Shown here: positions 46,644 to 55,558 of the stretch, in pieces
How the letters are laid out: each line of letters opens with the position of its first letter
How positions within the stretch are numbered: position 1 is the stretch's first letter
NCBI GenBank assembly: GCA_003105035.1
Contig: PQAL01000043.1
Location: 98,014-162,013, forward strand
Direction of reading: 5' to 3'
DNA length: 64,000 nucleotides
Origin: Anaerolineales bacterium
GTDB taxonomy: Bacteria; Chloroflexota; Anaerolineae; Anaerolineales; UBA4823
Position numbers and translations under genes: made by a program
The notes under the pieces: model-generated
What the model saw: the letters and a program-made list of their open reading frames with translations, nothing else
Databases searched by the model: none
What the model was told of the DNA's origin: nothing

Positions 46644-48557
46644 CTAGGGATAAATCGTATAAGTTACTATATTGTTAATCGCAGAACTCTCCACATTAGG
46701 TATAACAGTCAGATCATTCCAGATGCCAGCCACATTATTGTGAAAAAGGCTTATATTCTCCACTCGGTTGAGCGAACTGTTTCGGATTGCTCCGGTCAGA
46801 ACAATGCCTTTCAACGGAGGTTCAAAGACAGGATAGATTGGGGCACTGGCGATCGTGTTGCAGTAGATATTCATTGTGCTGACGACATTCTGAGTGGAGT
46901 TTTCCCAAGCTCCAATCAGATGGACACCAGGTACGATGCTATCTATTCGATTGAGGGAAATCCAGATATCCCGAATCTGGTTCCGATCGGCTCCAGGACC
47001 ACCACCAGCTCCACTTACAGAAATAGCTGCTGCCGTAAAATGGGTATCCGGGAGGATATACCTTTTGCCTAAGGAAAAAGTATTATCCTGAATAATTACG
47101 TTCGATACCAGATTCTCGCTGGTCGGATGATCAGCCCGCGCATCACCCGATCTGACTAGAATTCCTGTAACATCATAGGATACATCAGGTATCAGTGTAG
47201 CAAATCGATTATTCAGAATGTTCACATTCTCGATTGTGTTATACCTGGCGCCACAACAGCCTCCCATCATTTGTATGCCACGTCCATCAAAACCCTCAAT
47301 CCTATTGCCGATAATGTCAACATTTCTGATGACATTATATTCCGGATAGATGATTGGCTCATAGCCAGGGTCAATGTAATCTGTTGCTGCGTCTCCTGTA
47401 ATCAAGTCTATACCAAGCTTACCTGCTTCGTAGGCCCAATTCGTTTCAGAAATGAGAATTTCATTGTCCCTTATCACCGCTCCGTCAATCACATTTCCAC
47501 TAGCCCCAACTGCTCCTGCCATTAATACAATCCCTTGATCGGGGTTGCCTAGAATTATATTGTGGGTTAGGGTGATATTCGTCACCAGATTATTGTTTGA
47601 ACCTACCCAAAACCCCGCCATGAGTTGAATACCAAAGCTGGCGCTGTTAATATTCTGCGAAACATGAATACTGTTATCGGCAATTGTCACGTTGTCAACA
47701 TGATCTCCGATCGTATGGTTCAAATGAAATGTGATCCCATCTTGTTCAACATCCAAGTCATTGTTAATCAATAGAATGTCTTTCCAATGATTACCCGATG
47801 CCCTGGCCCCCTCATCCGGTCCGGCGTGCAGGTTAATGCCTACCAAAACATCGCTAATCAACAAATTGCTGACTGTGATACCCCGAAAGGTTGTATCTGT
47901 CGTTGTTGTATTTGTAGGCTTAATCATGACGCCAGTGAAGTAGCCTTCTATCTTCAGCGCATGTAGCGTGTTATAGCTGCTCTGGACCTTAAAACCAAAG
48001 GGATAGGAGAAGGTGCTGGCATTGGCAATAGTGATATCTGGTACGAGATCGCCATCGATATCACCATTGATGATTAGCGAGCCACCTAACAAGGGTGGTA
48101 AATCCTGATTATTTGTTCCTCCTGTATAAATTGTGGTACCGTCCAAATGAGCAGCGAAGAGGATGGTATATTCACCCGGATCATTGTTGGTTGCTTCGAT
48201 TGCTTCACGCAGCGCGATCCCATCTGGACCCGGATTAACCAAGAGGTCATCAACACTGGACACATTCCCATTGATGATATCTGCATTATTGGTCACAGTA
48301 ATGGTTGTTCCTTGCTGCAAGCTGATATTAGGGATTTCCATGGAAGGCGGTTGGTAATATTCTGTGCCGGGCGCGTAGCACTCAGACGGCCAGGGTTTAT
48401 TTAAAACCAAGGGCAGAAACAATTCTTGATCATCTTGATTTTGTTGTGATTCGGCGCTGGCATTCATGGACGATGGGAACATGTACACAACCAGAGCCAA
48501 TGTAACAAGCACAAGCATTGGAACGAAGAAGGATAGGAATTGCCCCAGCCTTTGCAT
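46644..48557 (-). CDS. secreted right-handed parallel beta-helix repeat protein
   Basis: N-terminal signal/anchor. Repeated ~22-25-aa turns such as NVxIxxNxI, IRDNEI, IIGNRIEG, ILNNRF. Confidence 0.75.
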   Translation of the reverse strand: MQRLGQFLSFFVPMLVLVTLALVVYMFPSSMNASAESQQNQDDQELFLPLVLNKPWPSECYAPGTEYYQPPSMEIPNISLQQGTTITVTNNADIINGNVSSVDDLLVNPGPDGIALREAIEATNNDPGEYTILFAAHLDGTTIYTGGTNNQDLPPLLGGSLIINGDIDGDLVPDITIANASTFSYPFGFKVQSSYNTLHALKIEGYFTGVMIKPTNTTTTDTTFRGITVSNLLISDVLVGINLHAGPDEGARASGNHWKDILLINNDLDVEQDGITFHLNHTIGDHVDNVTIADNSIHVSQNINSASFGIQLMAGFWVGSNNNLVTNITLTHNIILGNPDQGIVLMAGAVGASGNVIDGAVIRDNEILISETNWAYEAGKLGIDLITGDAATDYIDPGYEPIIYPEYNVIRNVDIIGNRIEGFDGRGIQMMGGCCGARYNTIENVNILNNRFATLIPDVSYDVTGILVRSGDARADHPTSENLVSNVIIQDNTFSLGKRYILPDTHFTAAAISVSGAGGGPGADRNQIRDIWISLNRIDSIVPGVHLIGAWENSTQNVVSTMNIYCNTIASAPIYPVFEPPLKGIVLTGAIRNSSLNRVENISLFHNNVAGIWNDLTVIPNVESSAINNIVTYTIYP

Positions 48558-48711
48558 GCTTTTCCTCCCTACTACTCTTCGATGAAAATACTCCCTTTAG
48601 GATTCAAATACTGAATACCAAGTTGGCAAATCATGAGTAATCATTCACCGGTTTGCTAAAATTGACTAGCACGTAAGAAATCACACATCTCGGAGGTGAA
48701 CGCCTAAAAAT

Positions 48712-48741
48712 ATTATAGCAAGAAATTGAGTGAATTGTCAC
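48712..48741 (-). promoter_or_regulatory. candidate promoter GTGACA-N18-TATAAT for the beta-helix gene
   Basis: Read on the minus strand. About 150 nt upstream of ATG 48557. Confidence 0.4.
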
Positions 48742-49144
48742 AATAAACAAAGCGGGGATATCGCTCGCGGCAGGCACACATGGTCAATTGCTCGAGACTT
48801 GCACGTGTGAAGGTAAAATTGCCAACCGGTTGAGTAAGCTGTTATACTGCGAGACCTGGGGCTGAGAGAAGTTCCCCTACCGAGGAAAAACAGCCCTGCT
48901 TGTATGGACAAGTGACATTACGCGGCTTGGGAGAACTTCTCGCTCACTGATGAGTCGGTAACAATATTGTAGCTCAATTCCCCTTATCACGACGATCGAC
49001 AAGGCAACAAAAAGCAGCTCGAGCTGGCCTTTCCGAAATAGCCCAGTGGAACCTGAGCGACTTATAAGCAAAAACTCTGAACCTTTGCAACCGTTTTTCG
49101 ATACTGATTGATAGCCCTTAGTAACGCTACAATTTTACACAAGA

Positions 49145-49194
49145 CGGGGAGGAGCCTGTACCCCAGCGTAGCGAGGGTACGGGGTTCGAACCTG
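49145..49194 (-). other. second copy of the tRNA-like T-arm/hairpin element
   Basis: CGGGGAGGAGCCTGTACCCCAGCGTAGCGAGGGTACGGGGTTCGAACCTG compared with 37816-37865. Confidence 0.5.
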
Positions 49195-49246
49195 TCCCCT
49201 TGCGGGATACACACCCTCCACGGCTGACAAGCGGCGGAAAATGAAT

Positions 49247-49389
49247 TTAAAAGCTGAAAGCTGACTGCTCAAAGCTGTTAGCTGTTTCATGGCGGGGAGG
49301 GCAGATTCGAAGTTCCACCCTCAATGGGTGCCAGGCAGCGGTCCTTATTAAAGCTGAAAGCTGACTGCTCAAAGCTGTCAGCTGTTTCA
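49247..49389. repeat. 100-bp-period duplication: heptamer array + hairpin + tRNA-Ser 3' end (copy 1 carries a decayed pseudo-tRNA 3' half at 49290-49345)
   Basis: GCTGAAAGCTGACTGCTCAAAGCTGT(T/C)AGCTGTTTCATGGCGGGGAGGGC(A/G)GATTCGAA occurs at 49253-49313 and 49353-49413. Confidence 0.8.
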
Positions 49390-49483
49390 TGGCGGGGAGG
49401 GCGGGATTCGAACCCGCGGCGGAGGTTTTAGCCCCCGCACTCACTTAGCAGGCGAGCCCAATCGGCCTCTCTGGCACCTCCCC
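49390..49483 (-). tRNA. tRNA-Ser (anticodon GCU), CCA encoded
   Basis: Manual fold: acceptor GGGGAGG/CCTCCCC, anticodon loop CU-GCU-AA, long variable arm, T-arm GCGGG-TTCGAAT-CCCGC, discriminator G + CCA. Confidence 0.88.
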
Positions 49484-49486
49484 GTA

Positions 49487-49573
49487 GGCGGAGGGAGAGG
49501 GATTCGAACCCACGATGGATTTCTCCATACCTGTTTTCAAGACAGGCGCCTTAAGCCACTCGGCCATCCCTCC
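49487..49573 (-). tRNA. tRNA-Ser (anticodon UGA)
   Basis: Manual fold: acceptor GGAGGGA/TCCCTCC, D-arm GCCGAGTGGCTTAAGGC, anticodon stem-loop CCTGT-CTTGAAA-ACAGG, long variable arm, TTCGAAT T-loop. Only CC of the CCA is encoded. Confidence 0.85.
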
Positions 49574-49776
49574 AGAGCGAGGGAACCCGTAAAACGTTCG
49601 GGTCATGAAATCCCTCTCAAGCGCTCGGAATTCTACCATATCAGGGGGCGAGATGCAACGATTTAGCCCCTTTGCCAATGTGTAGCCCTTTCCCATCTCC
49701 AGCGAGCCCACCTCTTTCTCGTCTTACCCCATGCATGACCATAAATATTCCCTGATACTCATGCTATACTTGCCAA

Positions 49777-51297
49777 ATGTCGCGTTTCGCCAAATCGACC
49801 CTGATCGTGGCGGTTTTCTTTGGCCTTGAAAAGTTGTTGGGGTTGTTGCATCACGTCCTGGTCGCCCGCCAGTTTGGGCTTTCACCTGCGTTAGACGCCT
49901 TCAACGCTGCCAACAATCTGCCCGATTTACTGTTCGCGCTCATCTCAGGTGGAGCGCTTGGCATCGCCCTCATCCCCGTGATGACAGAAACCCTTCACAA
50001 AGAGGACCGCCAGGCCGCCTGGGACCTGTTCTCCCGCATCGCCAATCTCGTTTTTCTCGTCACCGCTGCCATCGCATTTGTGCTCGCCATCTTTGCCGTA
50101 CCTCTGGTTCAGCATGTGGTCACGCCCGGTTTCACCATCGAGCAGCAGCGCCTTGTGGTCAGCATTATGCGCCTCGACCTGCTCGCCACCATCCTGTTCT
50201 CATTGGCAGGTCTGGTCATCGCCGGTCTGCAGTCCAACCAGCACTTCGTGCTTCCCGCAATAGCCCCCAGCATGTATGACCTGGGGATGTTGTTCGGGGT
50301 GATTATCCTGGCCCCTGAGGCAGGTTACCACCTTGGTCCAATCACCTTGCCCGCCTTCGGAATGGGGATTTATGGTGTTGTTTATGGCACCATCGTTGGG
50401 GCAGTCCTCTTCCTGGTTATCCAGCTGCCTGGACTTCTGATGTACAAATTCCACTGGATCCCTTCAATTAATTTGCATCATCCCGCCGTGCGCAAGGTTC
50501 TCAACCTGATGGGACCCCGCGTCCTCACCGTATTTTTCATTCAAATGTTGTTCGTCGCCCGGGACAGAATTGCTTCTGGTCTGAGTATTGGGTCGGTCAC
50601 TGCACTTTCATACGGATGGTTGTTCATGCAGGTTCCAGAGACACTCGTCGGCACCGCCATTGGAACGGTGCTCCTGCCTACCATCTCAGAGCAGGTGGCG
50701 CACGAGAATATGGATTCCTTCCGCCAGTCCTTGAATCGCGCCATGCGCATCATCCTGGCCCTCACCATCCCAGGGACTGCCCTGGTAGCTGTGGGAATCC
50801 GCCCCATTGTAAGCATCCTGGGGTTCGATGCCGCAGGAACTGACCTGGTCGTCTGGGTGACGCGCGCTTTTCTGGTTGGCCTCATGGGTCAATCCCTGGT
50901 CGAAGTGGCTGCTCGGGCTTTTTATGCTCAGCAAAATGCCCTGGTGCCATTGGGCGCTTCCTTCCTCACCACGCTGATCTTCGTGAGCTTCGGGGTAGTC
51001 TTTAGCTCCATGTTGGGTGCTGCCGGCATTGCCCTCGCTACCGGATTGGCCTTCACCGCTGAAGCCATTTTCTTATGGTGGCTGCTCAGCCGACGTTTTC
51101 CTGGTGTTGTAGACGTACGCAGTACCCTGGTCAGGGTTATACCGGTGTCCATCGTCACTGGTCTGCTGGTATATGGCCTGCTGCAGTTATCCCTACCGAT
51201 ATCCGGGATAATCTTCGCGGTGTTGGCCATGGGTCTGGGTGGTCTGCTGGTTTTGCCATTTGTCCTGCCCGAGCTCAGGTCTTTGGTTAATATGTAG
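49777..51297 (+). CDS. murJ: lipid II flippase MurJ (MviN)
   Basis: 506 aa, 14 TM. The N-terminus LGLLHHVLVARQFGLSPALDAFNAANNLPDLLFALISGGAL is typical of MurJ. Confidence 0.9.
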   Translation: MSRFAKSTLIVAVFFGLEKLLGLLHHVLVARQFGLSPALDAFNAANNLPDLLFALISGGALGIALIPVMTETLHKEDRQAAWDLFSRIANLVFLVTAAIAFVLAIFAVPLVQHVVTPGFTIEQQRLVVSIMRLDLLATILFSLAGLVIAGLQSNQHFVLPAIAPSMYDLGMLFGVIILAPEAGYHLGPITLPAFGMGIYGVVYGTIVGAVLFLVIQLPGLLMYKFHWIPSINLHHPAVRKVLNLMGPRVLTVFFIQMLFVARDRIASGLSIGSVTALSYGWLFMQVPETLVGTAIGTVLLPTISEQVAHENMDSFRQSLNRAMRIILALTIPGTALVAVGIRPIVSILGFDAAGTDLVVWVTRAFLVGLMGQSLVEVAARAFYAQQNALVPLGASFLTTLIFVSFGVVFSSMLGAAGIALATGLAFTAEAIFLWWLLSRRFPGVVDVRSTLVRVIPVSIVTGLLVYGLLQLSLPISGIIFAVLAMGLGGLLVLPFVLPELRSLVNM

Positions 51298-51303
51298 AGG
51301 CGC

Positions 51304-52824
51304 ATGATTCGTAACTACCTTTATAGTTTCCTGGCGCTTCTAACCATCTTTTCAGTCTCATTTGCCGGTGCAGCCGTTCCTGCCAGTGCAGCCGCCTGGC
51401 GCACTAAAGTTGATCCATGGGTTCTGCAGACTGCTGCAAGCGCTGATACTGAATTCCTGGTCTATCTGACCATCCAGGCTGATCTCAGCACTGCCCATGA
51501 TTTGCCCACCAGGCTGGAGAAGGGCAGGTACGTCTTCCAGGCCCTTACCGCTACCGCGAACCGAACCCAGGCACCCCTGATTACCTACCTCGAAAATCTG
51601 GGTCTGGAATACAAGCCATTCTGGATTGCCAATATGATCTGGGTGCGCGGCAATTTGTCTGCGATTCAGCTGCTGGCCTCTCGCCTCGATGTAGCCCACC
51701 TGTTTGCTAACCCCTCCGTCACCCTGGATGCACCAGTCGAGTCTGCTTCCTCTAGTTTTGAGCCACAATCCGTCGAGTGGAACATCAGCAAGGTGAACGT
51801 CCCAGCAGTCTGGGCACTGGGCTATAACGGCCAGGGGGTCGTCATCGGCGGGCAGGATACCGGCTATGCCTGGAGCCATTCTGCAATAGAAAACCAGTAT
51901 CGCGGCTGGGATGGTGCACAGGCTGACCATAACTACAACTGGTATGACGCCACTGCTGACCATTCTCCCACCCCTATCGACCCTTACGGTCATGGTACCC
52001 ATACCATGGGAATCATGCTCGGTGATGATGGTGCTGGCAACCAGATCGGCATGGCCCCAGGTGCCCGCTGGATCGGTTGCCGCAACATGGATGCGAGCGG
52101 CACTGGCTCGCCGGCTACCTATTCAACTTGCTACCAGTGGTTTGTCGCCCCCACCGACCTGAACGGCGAGAATCCCCGCCCCGACCTGGCTCCTGATGTG
52201 ATTAATAATTCTTGGGGATGTCCACCCAGCGAGGGCTGCACCGATCCCGCTGTGATATTAACTGTGGTCCGAAACCTGGTGGCAGCTGGCATCGTTACTA
52301 CCCATTCCGCTGGAAATTCGGGTTCATCCCCTCCGTCTGGTTGTGGAACGGTGAATACCCCCGCTGCGATTTACGACGAATCCTTCACCGTCGGGGCGAC
52401 CAACAGCTCCGATACCATCGCCAGTTTCAGCAGCATAGGCCCAGTTACTGTGGATGGCAGCCACCGCCCCAAGCCTGATATTTCTGCTCCAGGAGTGAAT
52501 GTTCGCTCGTGCATTCCCGGTGGAGGTTATGGGTGGAAGAGCGGCACCAGTATGGCTGCGCCGCATGTGGCTGGCCTGGTTGCCTTGCTCATCTCCGCCA
52601 GCCCCAACCTGCGTGGTCAGGTGGATGAAATTGAATCGATTATTGACCAGTCTGCCTATCATATCTCCTGGGCTGGTTGTGATAGCAGTGGCGTGCCGAA
52701 CAATGCCTATGGTTGGGGGCGCATCGACGCCCTGGCTGCGCTACAATTTCTCCACACGCTGGTATTGGGGAAAGTCGCTTCTGAATCTTCTGTGATGCCC
52801 GGTGATCTGATACCTACACTCTGA
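51304..52824 (+). CDS. S8 (subtilisin-like) serine peptidase, catalytic part; reading frame broken at its 3' end
   Basis: Signal peptide. Catalytic triad contexts VIGGQDTGY (Asp), HGTHTMG (His), GTSMAAPHVAGLVALL (Ser). Confidence 0.85.
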   Translation: MIRNYLYSFLALLTIFSVSFAGAAVPASAAAWRTKVDPWVLQTAASADTEFLVYLTIQADLSTAHDLPTRLEKGRYVFQALTATANRTQAPLITYLENLGLEYKPFWIANMIWVRGNLSAIQLLASRLDVAHLFANPSVTLDAPVESASSSFEPQSVEWNISKVNVPAVWALGYNGQGVVIGGQDTGYAWSHSAIENQYRGWDGAQADHNYNWYDATADHSPTPIDPYGHGTHTMGIMLGDDGAGNQIGMAPGARWIGCRNMDASGTGSPATYSTCYQWFVAPTDLNGENPRPDLAPDVINNSWGCPPSEGCTDPAVILTVVRNLVAAGIVTTHSAGNSGSSPPSGCGTVNTPAAIYDESFTVGATNSSDTIASFSSIGPVTVDGSHRPKPDISAPGVNVRSCIPGGGYGWKSGTSMAAPHVAGLVALLISASPNLRGQVDEIESIIDQSAYHISWAGCDSSGVPNNAYGWGRIDALAALQFLHTLVLGKVASESSVMPGDLIPTL

Positions 52825-53144
52825 CCATCACCCACGCTACAGGCGTTGGCCCGACCACTGGGATTATCCTGACCGATACACTTCCGGCTGGAACAACTTT
52901 TGTTAATGCCACTCCTCCATTTACGCTCTTAGGCGATACGGTTCGCTGGGACTTTTCTAACCTTGATGAGCAGGAAGCTCGCAGTGTGCACATGGCCCTT
53001 AGCGTGGATAGCGCCACCACTGACCCGATTATCAACGCTGATTACGGGGTACACAGCGATCAGGCAGCCTTCGTCAGGGGGATGCCTGTGATGACGCTGC
53101 TTGGCAAGCTGGTTTTCATGCCCCTGGCAGTAAAATCACCTTGA
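52806..53144 (+). pseudogene. out-of-frame continuation of the S8 peptidase: DUF11-type repeat domain plus a hydrophobic tail
   Basis: In the frame whose codons start at 52806 the region reads SDTYTLTITHATGVGPTTGIILTDTLPAGTTFVNATPP...RWDFSNLDEQEARSVHMALSV...LLGKLVFMPLAVKSP*. The S8 frame ends ...SSVMPGDLIPTL*, so one missing base near 52810-52813 would give PGDLITYTLTIT. Confidence 0.7.
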
Positions 53145-53169
53145 GCAAGGCCTCGAGCTCGATCGGCAC

Positions 53170-53751
53170 CTAGCGGTAGTTTTCGTAGATTGCCAGCACT
53201 TTATCGGCATAATAGTAATCCACATCCATGGGCCCGTAGGATTTCAGGGCGTCACGCGGGCTACCCAGCCTGTCGATTAGGCCTTTCAGCATTTGCGTCC
53301 CAAATTCCACGTTATATTGGGGGTCTTGCAGCTCCTCGATGGTTGGCCGGCTGGCGAAGCACGGCCCGTTGATGCATTCGAAGCTGGCTGCAATCCCATC
53401 GCGTGGCATGATCTGCATTAAACCCACGGCCCCGCTGGCTGAATAGGCGCTGGCATCCCCTCCGCTCTCCTGCAACATGACTGCCGCCACCAGGTTCGGG
53501 GGTAGCTCAGCCTGCTTGGCCAGCCTGGTGATCATCTCGCACCACTGCAGGATCCCCTCCGGGTAGTTTGAGCTCACCTCGCACTCGCTCTGTTCTGCGA
53601 TCTGCTCCACTGCCTCCGTGGGTGAAGCCGCGAAGGCCACCTCAGTGGTTGGCAGGAGCTTTACCTGTCGTGCCAGGATCCATCCCAACAATCCCACGAT
53701 CAAGCATCCTACAATTGTGCCACGAATGACTAACGCCGGTCCGTTTTTCAT
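53170..53751 (-). CDS. lytic transglycosylase (SLT domain) protein with an N-terminal TM anchor
   Basis: AAVMLQESGGDASAYSASGAVGLMQIMP. Start moved to ATG 53751 (GGGAGGG just upstream), because the track start at 53793 lies upstream of the candidate -10 element (53782-53787). Confidence 0.78.
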   Translation of the reverse strand: MKNGPALVIRGTIVGCLIVGLLGWILARQVKLLPTTEVAFAASPTEAVEQIAEQSECEVSSNYPEGILQWCEMITRLAKQAELPPNLVAAVMLQESGGDASAYSASGAVGLMQIMPRDGIAASFECINGPCFASRPTIEELQDPQYNVEFGTQMLKGLIDRLGSPRDALKSYGPMDVDYYYADKVLAIYENYR

Positions 53752-53781
53752 ACGCCCTCCCATCGCTGCCAGGATGCATGC

Positions 53782-53810
53782 AATATAGCACAATTGTTCT
53801 AATTAATCAA
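53782..53810 (-). promoter_or_regulatory. promoter TTGATT-N17-TATATT with an embedded LexA-box-like operator TAGAACAATTGTGCTA (53786-53801)
   Basis: Read on the minus strand. A weaker second box TAGAACATCAATTCTA lies at 53817-53832. Confidence 0.45.
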
Positions 53811-53877
53811 GGTTATTAGAACATCAATTCTAATTACTGTGGGTTAGATTTACGGCCATCTTTCCCAGTCTTTGCCG

Positions 53878-55173
53878 TGTGTTCAGACTTGGTACATGGG
53901 TAACACATGTTCGGGGACATAGGTTACACATGAATTCTTTAACAATTATCATGGTGAAGATCGATTTGAGCAACTTTTTGTTTGCAAAAAAAGACACTGA
54001 ATTGTCCATCAATATTGGTAGGTCTTAAAGCAACCGGTTGATGACGGAAAGCAGCACTGATGCGATACGTGCTGCCATGGAAATAAATCTTTCCGACCAA
54101 GTCGACCTTACGGATAATGTCATCTTCCTGGTAAGTAATGGGAGGCAATATGGTCGGAAAAGGACGCGATGAAGGGATATACCGGGAAGCAGGTGGAAGT
54201 AACTCAAGGGCTTCATGAGGTCGAATATAGTTGTAAATTTGCCACCATTCATCAAAAGCTTCCTGGCTATCCTGTAAAGTATTGAACTGGTTTTGCTGTA
54301 GCACTTCTACTGTGAGAGTACGGTTCAATCGTTCCTCTTTACCTTGGGTTTGCGGGTGATATGGACGTCCATGCGAGATCGCGATACCCAGCCGGATGAG
54401 CCATGCCGTTAGGAGAGTATGGCGGGCTTCACGATCAAAACCCCAGGCCGATCCATTATCCATTAGCATTCGTTCGGGCAGGCCGAAACGTTGAAAAATG
54501 GAAGTCAACTGGGCTTGAACCGTCTCAATCGTCTTGTTTGGGCAGGCTTTCAAACCCACCAGAAAACGAGAATGATCGTCCAGCACAGTCAGAGGATGAC
54601 AGTACCCACCTTCTTCTAAGGCAAAATAACCTTTGAAATCCATCTGCCATAATTCATTCGGAAGCTCCTTCTCAAAGCGCTGTATGGGTTGATGCTTCTG
54701 TGACTCTTCTGGATCGATTTGTTGATGGCGGTGCAGGATGGCAGTGATCGTGCTTGCAGTGGGAACATGGTTGTAACCCTTGTTTTGTAAGATCTTCCGA
54801 ATCTTACGGCCTCCCCACGCTCGGTGCTTTTTTCTTACCTCCAGAACCTGGCTTTCGATCATTGCCGCTGTTCGATTTGGACTATGATGTGGTCGACGCG
54901 ACTTGTCAACCAACCCTGCTAGACCGAATTTTTGCTCTCGTTTTAGCCACTTGTAGCCAGTCTTGCGACTGATCCCATACTGTCTACAGAGCTGAGATAT
55001 ATTGGCATCATCACTTTTTGCATCCTCAATGAACTCTGTCCTTGCTGACATGGTTGTTATTTCCTTCCAGGGCATTATCGGTCTCCTTTCTTTACACCGA
55101 AATACCCTTATTGTATTTAATGTGTTACCCATGTCTCCGAACGGTTGTTACCTATGTCTCCGGTCTGTACACT
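53878..55173 (-). mobile_element. IS481-family insertion sequence (~1296 bp)
   Basis: Imperfect terminal inverted repeats, 40 of 53 positions matching: TGTGTTCAGACTTGGTACATGGGTAACACATGTTCGGGGACATAGGTTACACA versus the reverse complement of 55121-55173. They enclose a single DDE transposase ORF. Confidence 0.85.
53939..55075 (-). CDS. IS481-family DDE transposase (rve integrase core)
   Basis: MPWKEITTMSARTEF start typical of IS481 transposases, an HTH region, and LWQMDFKG...LDDHSRF...MDNGSAW...RPYHPQTQGKEERLNRTL. Confidence 0.9.
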   Translation of the reverse strand: MPWKEITTMSARTEFIEDAKSDDANISQLCRQYGISRKTGYKWLKREQKFGLAGLVDKSRRPHHSPNRTAAMIESQVLEVRKKHRAWGGRKIRKILQNKGYNHVPTASTITAILHRHQQIDPEESQKHQPIQRFEKELPNELWQMDFKGYFALEEGGYCHPLTVLDDHSRFLVGLKACPNKTIETVQAQLTSIFQRFGLPERMLMDNGSAWGFDREARHTLLTAWLIRLGIAISHGRPYHPQTQGKEERLNRTLTVEVLQQNQFNTLQDSQEAFDEWWQIYNYIRPHEALELLPPASRYIPSSRPFPTILPPITYQEDDIIRKVDLVGKIYFHGSTYRISAAFRHQPVALRPTNIDGQFSVFFCKQKVAQIDLHHDNC

Positions 55174-55421
55174 ATACAAAATGGGGGGAGCGAAGAGGGG
55201 GGCGATATTATTTTATTCCTTGCTAGACGCCCCGATTTTTGCGCCTTCTCAACTTAAGTTGTAGGTTGGGGTGACCCTTAGGCCTATGGCTGGTATGTTC
55301 TTGATCGATTGAGCGGTATTCGCGAAACCCAGCTCATTATTAATCTTTCTCCCCCCATTTTTCTATACAAAATGGGGGGAGCGAAGAGGGGGGCGATATT
55401 ATTTTATTCCTTGCTAGACGC
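55173..55421. repeat. 58-bp perfect direct repeat (55173-55230 and 55364-55421) bracketing a family A unit (55261-55338)
   Basis: TATACAAAATGGGGGGAGCGAAGAGGGGGGCGATATTATTTTATTCCTTGCTAGACGC occurs twice, identical. Copy 1 abuts the IS right end. Copy 2 retains the left hairpin arm CTCCCCCCATTTT. Confidence 0.85.
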
Positions 55422-55558
55422 TCATTTTTTGTCATCCCTTGGCCGAAGAATGTGGAAAATAACATCCTGTTACCGATGAGATCATCTACCTTCGAACTCC
55501 TACCAAAGTACCATTTAAATTGATATTTCAACTTGTAATTCCCTTCTCAATTTCCCCC

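Noticed and set aside
48937-49040. Hammerhead ribozyme core (CTGATGAG ... CCGAAA)
   Set aside because: Helix II cannot be closed correctly. The G10.1-C11.1 pair and the GAAA spacing do not fit, and about 70 nt intervene. This is most likely a chance occurrence of the heptamer.
48857-49196. Possible tmRNA (starts GGGGCTGAG, about 340 nt, ends with a GGTTCGAACC T-loop-like sequence)
   Set aside because: The 5' GGGGCTG cannot pair with the 3' CTGTCCCC. There is no ACCA and no G3-U70. The T-arm folds properly only on the opposite strand. I found no tag-like ORF ending in a hydrophobic or Ala-rich peptide. A dedicated tool (ARAGORN) should still be run.
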